DNA of 64,000 bases from Geobacteraceae bacterium. GTDB lineage: Bacteria > Desulfobacterota > Desulfuromonadia > Geobacterales > Geobacteraceae. The stretch covers positions 12,446-76,445 of the forward strand of contig DATDNF010000034.1 in NCBI GenBank assembly GCA_036518435.1. The letters run 5' to 3'. A program made the translations under genes and the position numbers. Positions 59,531-64,000 of the stretch are shown piece after piece. The number at the start of each line of letters is the position of its first letter. The first letter of the stretch is position 1. The notes under the pieces were generated by a model, which did no database searches, was not told the DNA's origin, and worked only from the letters and a program-made list of their open reading frames with translations.

Positions 59531-61123
59531 TCAAAGAACGCCGGCAACCTGTTCGGAAACATACCCCGCGTACTGTGCGAAGTTCTTGCGGAATCTCTCC
59601 ACGAGCCCTTTCGCTGTTTCGTCGTAGGTGGTCCTGTCCGCCCAGACGTTGCGCGGGTTCAGTACCTCTGCCGGTACTCCCGGGCATGCTTTCGGGATCA
59701 TCAGGCCGAAGAACGGCTCTTTCTCGAATTCGCCGTCAGCCAGGGTCCCGTCGATGGCGGCATCGACCAGGGCACGGGAATAGGCGATCCGCATCCTGCT
59801 CCCCACGCCGTAACCGCCGCCGCTCCAGCCGGTGTTGACCAGCCAGCAGTCAACCTTGTGCCGGGCGATCTTTTCCTTGAGGAGCTCCGCGTAGACCGAA
59901 GGGTGGAGCGCCATGAACGGGGCGCCGAAACAGGTGGAAAATGCCGCCCGCGGCTCGGTGACCCCTGCCTCGGTGCCGGCCACCTTGGCGGTGTAGCCGG
60001 AGAGGAAGTGGTACATCGCCTGTTCAGGAGTCAGCCTGGCGATCGGCGGCAGGACGCCGAAGGCATCGCAGGTGAGCATGATGACGTTGGTTGGGTGGCC
60101 CCCCATGCCGGTCGGGACGATGTGCGGGATGTGGGTGATCGGATAGGAGGCGCGGGTGTTTTCGGTGAAGGAGTCGTCGTCCAGGTCGACCCGGCGGCTC
60201 ACCGTGTCGATGGCGACGTTTTCCAGGATGGTGCCGAATCTCCGGGTGGTCTCGTAGATCTCCGGCTCCGACTCCCGGGAGAGCCTGATGATCTTGGCGT
60301 AGCACCCCCCCTCGAAGTTGAACACTCCCGCGTCGTCCCAGCCGTGCTCGTCGTCGCCGATCAGGGCGCGCTTCGGGTCGGCGGACAGGGTGGTCTTCCC
60401 GGTGCCGGAGAGGCCGAAGAAGATGGCCACATCCCCTTGTTCTCCGGCGTTGGCCGAGCAGTGCATGGAGAGGACGCGTTTGTCGCGGGGGAGGAGGTAG
60501 TTGAGAATGGTGAAAATCGACTTTTTGATTTCGCCGGCGTAGCTGGTGCCGCCGATAATGATCAGCTTCCTGGCAAAGTTGACGATGATGAAGGTTTCTG
60601 TGTTGGTGCCGTCAAGCGAGGGGATGGCGTGAAATGCGGGCAAGTCGATGACGGTGAAGGCCGGCTTGTGACGGGGGAGCTCCTCCGGCGTGGCCCGCAC
60701 GAACATGTTCCGGGCAAACAACGAGTGCCAGGCCTTTTCGGTGATTACCCGGACCGGCAGGCGGTGGTCGGGACTCGCGCCGGCAAAGCAGTCCTGCACG
60801 AACAGGTCCTTGCCGTGCATGTAGGCGAGCATCCTTTTGTAGAGTTCGTCGAACTTTACGGGGTCAAAGGGGCGGTTCACCTCCCCCCAGTTGATATGGT
60901 CATGGCTGGCGGGTTCATCGACGATGAACTTCTCGTTGGCCGCCCGCCCGGTGTAGTGCCCGGTCTTCACCGCAACCGCTCCCAGGTGGGTCACCAGCCC
61001 TTCGCCCCGCTTGACGATCTGCTCGTACAGGACTGCGGTGGGAGGCGTCCAGTAGATAAGGTCGGCATTGGTGATGCCGTGCTCTTCGAGTCCCGTGCCC
61101 CTGGTTATGTCATTGAGTTTCAT
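59531..61123 (-). CDS. pckA: Phosphoenolpyruvate carboxykinase (ATP)
   Basis: GLSGTGKTT…, GGGYG… and other canonical PckA motifs. GAGGAGG ribosome-binding site. Confidence 0.9.
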   Translation of the reverse strand: MKLNDITRGTGLEEHGITNADLIYWTPPTAVLYEQIVKRGEGLVTHLGAVAVKTGHYTGRAANEKFIVDEPASHDHINWGEVNRPFDPVKFDELYKRMLAYMHGKDLFVQDCFAGASPDHRLPVRVITEKAWHSLFARNMFVRATPEELPRHKPAFTVIDLPAFHAIPSLDGTNTETFIIVNFARKLIIIGGTSYAGEIKKSIFTILNYLLPRDKRVLSMHCSANAGEQGDVAIFFGLSGTGKTTLSADPKRALIGDDEHGWDDAGVFNFEGGCYAKIIRLSRESEPEIYETTRRFGTILENVAIDTVSRRVDLDDDSFTENTRASYPITHIPHIVPTGMGGHPTNVIMLTCDAFGVLPPIARLTPEQAMYHFLSGYTAKVAGTEAGVTEPRAAFSTCFGAPFMALHPSVYAELLKEKIARHKVDCWLVNTGWSGGGYGVGSRMRIAYSRALVDAAIDGTLADGEFEKEPFFGLMIPKACPGVPAEVLNPRNVWADRTTYDETAKGLVERFRKNFAQYAGYVSEQVAGVL

Positions 61124-61237
61124 TGTTCGGTCCTCCTCTGAATATGTTCGCATCGATGCATGTAAGAGCTTGCCAGATTTTCGGGCCAAAGCAAGCCGGT
61201 GCGGCGGATGGCCTGACAACGAAGACGTGCCTCCCCA

Positions 61238-61292
61238 TAAAAAAAGGCCAGCCCCGGCCACCTGCAAAGGCAGGTACGAGCCGGGGCTGGCC
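61238..61292 (-). terminator. Terminator after pckG
   Basis: Perfect 13-bp inverted repeat GGCCAGCCCCGGC/GCCGGGGCTGGCC, followed by T7 on the minus strand. Confidence 0.6.
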
Positions 61293-61328
61293 GGGTGCTG
61301 ACAGTGGCGGGCAGGTACGGGTAAGACT

Positions 61329-63182
61329 TCAGTCGAAATAGTTGCTCACCGCAGTGGGATCGTACTGTTCCCAGTGCTCCGGGGAGCGCCAGAGGCTGGA
61401 AAGGATGAGTTCGCGGATATGCAGGAACTCCTTGGGGAGACGGTCGTACATCCGGATGAAGAGCTCCTCGTGGGAAAGGATCTCATCCTTCCAGAGGTCG
61501 CGATCGACCGAGGTCAACTCGTTGAACTGCTCGCGGCTGACCTTGTCCAGGCCGTCCCAGTCCAGGTCTTCGTAGCGCGGCATCCATCCGAGCGGGCTTT
61601 CGACGGCAGCCGCCCTGCCGTGCACCCGGTCGACGATCCATTTCAGGATCCGCATGTTCTCGCCGAAGCCCGGCCAGAGGAATTTGCCGTTGGCATCCTT
61701 GCGGAACCAGTTGACGCTGAAGATGCGGGGCGGTTTCGGGGTGGTGCGCCCCACCTGCAGCCAGTGGTTGAAATAGTCGGCCATGTGGTAGCCGCAGAAG
61801 GGGAGCATTGCCATCGGGTCGCGCCGCACGTCGCCGATCTTTCCGACCGCGGCGGCGGTGGTTTCCGACCCCATGGTCGCCGCCAGGTAAACGCCGAACG
61901 GCCAGTTGAGGGACTGATAGACCAGGGGGATCACGTTGCTGCGCCGGCCACCGAAAATCATGGCACTGATGGGGACCCCCTTGGGATTCTCCCAGTCCGG
62001 GTCGATGGAGGGGCACTGGCCGGCCGGGGCGGTGAAGCGGGAGTTGGGGTGCGCGGCGTTTCTGCCGCAGCCGGGGGCCCAGGGTGCCCCCTGCCAGTCG
62101 GTCAGCTGGGCAGGCGGTTCGTCGGTCATCCCCTCCCACCAGACGTCGCCGTCCGGGGTCAGGGCCACGTTGGTGAAGATGGTGTTGGCGGCGCAGGAGG
62201 CCATCGCGTTGGGGTTCGTCTTTGCCGACGTGCCGGGGGCGACGCCGAAGTAGCCCGCCTCCGGATTGATGGCATAGAGCTGGCCGTCGGGGCCGGGCTT
62301 GATCCAGGCGATGTCGTCGCCGATCGTGGTGACTTTCCACTCCTTGTCCTGGAAGGTCTTGGGGGGGATGAGCATGGCGAAGTTCGTCTTGCCGCAGGCG
62401 CTGGGGAAGGCAGCGCCGACGTAAGTCTTCTCCCCCTCCGGGGACTCGACCCCGAGGATCAACATGTGCTCGGCCAGCCATCCTTCATCGTGGCCGATTT
62501 TGGAGGCGATCCTGAGGGCGAGGCATTTCTTGCCAAGGAGGGCGTTCCCGCCGTAGCCGCTGCCGAAGGACCAGATAGAACGTTCTTCGGGGAAATGAAC
62601 GATGTACTTTTCCTTGTTGCAGGGCCAGGGAACGTCCTGCTGCCCCGGGTGCAGCGGGGCTCCCACCGAATGCAGGCAGGGCACGAACTCGCCATCGCCC
62701 AGCACGTCGAGGACGGCTTTCCCCATGCGCGTCATGATGCTCATATTCACGGCAACATAGGGGGAATCGGATATTTCCACCCCGATTTTGGCGATGGGGG
62801 AACCGAGCGGTCCCATGCTGAAGGGAATGACATACATCGTCCGGCCGCGCATGCACCCCTTGAACAGGGCGTGCAGGGTTTTTTTCATCTCTTTCGGATG
62901 CACCCAGTTGTTGGTCGGCCCCGCATCCTGTTTGGCGAGACTGCAGATGAAAGTCCGGTCTTCCACCCGGGCCACGTCGCTCGGGTCCGACCAAGCCAGG
63001 TAACTGTTGGGACGCTTCTCCTCGTTCAGCTTCCGGAAGGTGCCGCTCAGTACCAGTTGATTGCAGAGTGCATCGTATTCCTGGGGCGATCCGTCGCACC
63101 AATGAATCGTGTCGGGTTCGCATAACGCCGCAACTTCCTCTACCCAATTCCGTAATTGCTCGTTCTTGACCTCGTAAGTCAT
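61329..63182 (-). CDS. pckG: Phosphoenolpyruvate carboxykinase (GTP)
   Basis: 617 aa. …FPSACGKTN… is the GTP-PEPCK kinase-1a motif. [10 protein letters not shown]…. Confidence 0.9.
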   Translation of the reverse strand: MTYEVKNEQLRNWVEEVAALCEPDTIHWCDGSPQEYDALCNQLVLSGTFRKLNEEKRPNSYLAWSDPSDVARVEDRTFICSLAKQDAGPTNNWVHPKEMKKTLHALFKGCMRGRTMYVIPFSMGPLGSPIAKIGVEISDSPYVAVNMSIMTRMGKAVLDVLGDGEFVPCLHSVGAPLHPGQQDVPWPCNKEKYIVHFPEERSIWSFGSGYGGNALLGKKCLALRIASKIGHDEGWLAEHMLILGVESPEGEKTYVGAAFPSACGKTNFAMLIPPKTFQDKEWKVTTIGDDIAWIKPGPDGQLYAINPEAGYFGVAPGTSAKTNPNAMASCAANTIFTNVALTPDGDVWWEGMTDEPPAQLTDWQGAPWAPGCGRNAAHPNSRFTAPAGQCPSIDPDWENPKGVPISAMIFGGRRSNVIPLVYQSLNWPFGVYLAATMGSETTAAAVGKIGDVRRDPMAMLPFCGYHMADYFNHWLQVGRTTPKPPRIFSVNWFRKDANGKFLWPGFGENMRILKWIVDRVHGRAAAVESPLGWMPRYEDLDWDGLDKVSREQFNELTSVDRDLWKDEILSHEELFIRMYDRLPKEFLHIRELILSSLWRSPEHWEQYDPTAVSNYFD

Positions 63183-63433
63183 GCCGCTCTTTTTCCCCCT
63201 GCATGCAAATTTTTATTTTTGCTAAAATATCACATCGTTTTGTAAAAGCAAGGTAAATTGACGAGTGGCATTCACAGGGGGATGGCTGTTGACAGGGATA
63301 AATGCGCTGCTAGAATTCAATGCAAACGGTCATGAGAGGCCGCAAGGTGCCGGGACGTGCTGCATGGGCGAGTCATGGGCACCGACAATCACGGTTGGCC
63401 TGTGAAAAGGCAGGCTGTCAGGGAGGGGATTGA

Positions 63434-63592
63434 ATGCAAAAGTGGCGATGCACTATCTGTCAGTATATCTATGACCCGGCGGAAGGAGACCCGGATAACG
63501 GCATAGATCCGGGGACCGCCTTCGAAGAGCTGCCGGAAGAGTGGGTCTGTCCGCTCTGCGGAGCCGGGAAGGATTTATTCGAACCGGTGTAG
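63434..63592 (+). CDS. Rubredoxin
   Basis: 52 aa. [12 protein letters not shown]…[13 protein letters not shown] gives two CxxCG knuckles. Confidence 0.85.
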   Translation: MQKWRCTICQYIYDPAEGDPDNGIDPGTAFEELPEEWVCPLCGAGKDLFEPV

Positions 63593-63625
63593 AAAAATCG
63601 ACGTAGAGGCGCATGCAATGCGTCT

Positions 63626-63808
63626 CTACGGTTTCTGTTCCTTGCCGGGCTTGATGATGTCGATTTCTCTCGCATCTCCCGCAATTTTGATCCGCCAGAC
63701 GAGGCCGCAGGCCCCGCATTCCTTGACGGGAGACTCGTCGGCACTGAATCCCGATGAATGCATGTCGACCTCTACCGCCGTTCTTTCCCCGCAATTGGGA
63801 CACTTCAT
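63626..63808 (-). CDS. YgiT/MqsA-type zinc-ribbon small protein
   Basis: MKCPNCGE…CGACG. AAGGAGG ribosome-binding site. Confidence 0.4.
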   Translation of the reverse strand: MKCPNCGERTAVEVDMHSSGFSADESPVKECGACGLVWRIKIAGDAREIDIIKPGKEQKP

Positions 63809-63828
63809 GGCAACCTCCTTTTTCCTGG

Positions 63829-64000
63829 CTACGGTTGAAATACCGAATCCGGCATCTCCTGGTTTGCCCTGAGGTCGGTAACCGCGATCTCGGCAATCTT
63901 GTTTTCGCCGCTGTAATTGGTGACCCTGAAAGGAAATTTGACCCCTCCCACAGCACGATAGTCGGAAAACTCTGCGGCGAGTTCGACTTCCCTTCCTCCA
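63829..64000 (-). CDS. Hypothetical protein, C-terminal fragment (gene continues beyond the window)
   Basis: Open frame to the window edge (…GVKFPFRVTNYSGENKIAEIAVTDLRANQEMPDSVFQP*). Confidence 0.3.
   Translation of the reverse strand, partial: GGREVELAAEFSDYRAVGGVKFPFRVTNYSGENKIAEIAVTDLRANQEMPDSVFQP

Overview
A high-GC (~60-65%) chromosomal window from a Geobacter-like (Desulfuromonadota) genome, containing three things of note. (1) Positions 1-19534: the right arm of a T7/SP6-like podovirus prophage. It carries tail tubular proteins A and B, internal virion proteins, the small and large terminase subunits, a tail-fibre adaptor, a beta-helix tailspike, and a lysis cassette with a spanin gene embedded inside another spanin gene. 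It abuts the 3' end of a tRNA-Phe(GAA) gene at 19535-19610 on the minus strand. (2) Positions 19674-46200: conserved housekeeping genes. These include efp, a heme-biosynthesis cluster (sirC, ccsA-like, hemA, hemC, a cobA/hemD fusion, hemB), trxA, a TlpA-like gene, a flotillin-like plus C13-peptidase-like pair, an RRM protein, a GreA-like protein, tatA, uvrB, an MFS transporter, a DEAD-box helicase and a 5'-3' exonuclease fused to RNase HI. (3) Positions ~47000-51500: a markedly AT-rich foreign islet. It holds a translationally coupled three-gene minus-strand operon encoding a PD-(D/E)xK nuclease-like protein, a beta/sce7725-like protein, and a RES-domain (NAD+-targeting) protein with a Cys-rich N-terminal domain. 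I consider this a candidate uncharacterised anti-phage or abortive-infection system. Beside it sit a DUF5131 (Gp37/Gp68 three-Cys) gene and an anomalous HigB2/HigA2-like toxin-antitoxin locus. Downstream come an FGE/SUMF1-like gene, fmt, def, a Hya-type NiFe hydrogenase operon (small subunit, large subunit, cytochrome b, maturation protease), adjacent ATP-type and GTP-type PEP carboxykinases, rubredoxin and a YgiT-type zinc-ribbon gene. Several short repeat families (ATGAA-heptad arrays, CGCAGAG triplet arrays) and rho-independent terminators are also present. I found no CRISPR array, rRNA, integrase or IS element in the window.
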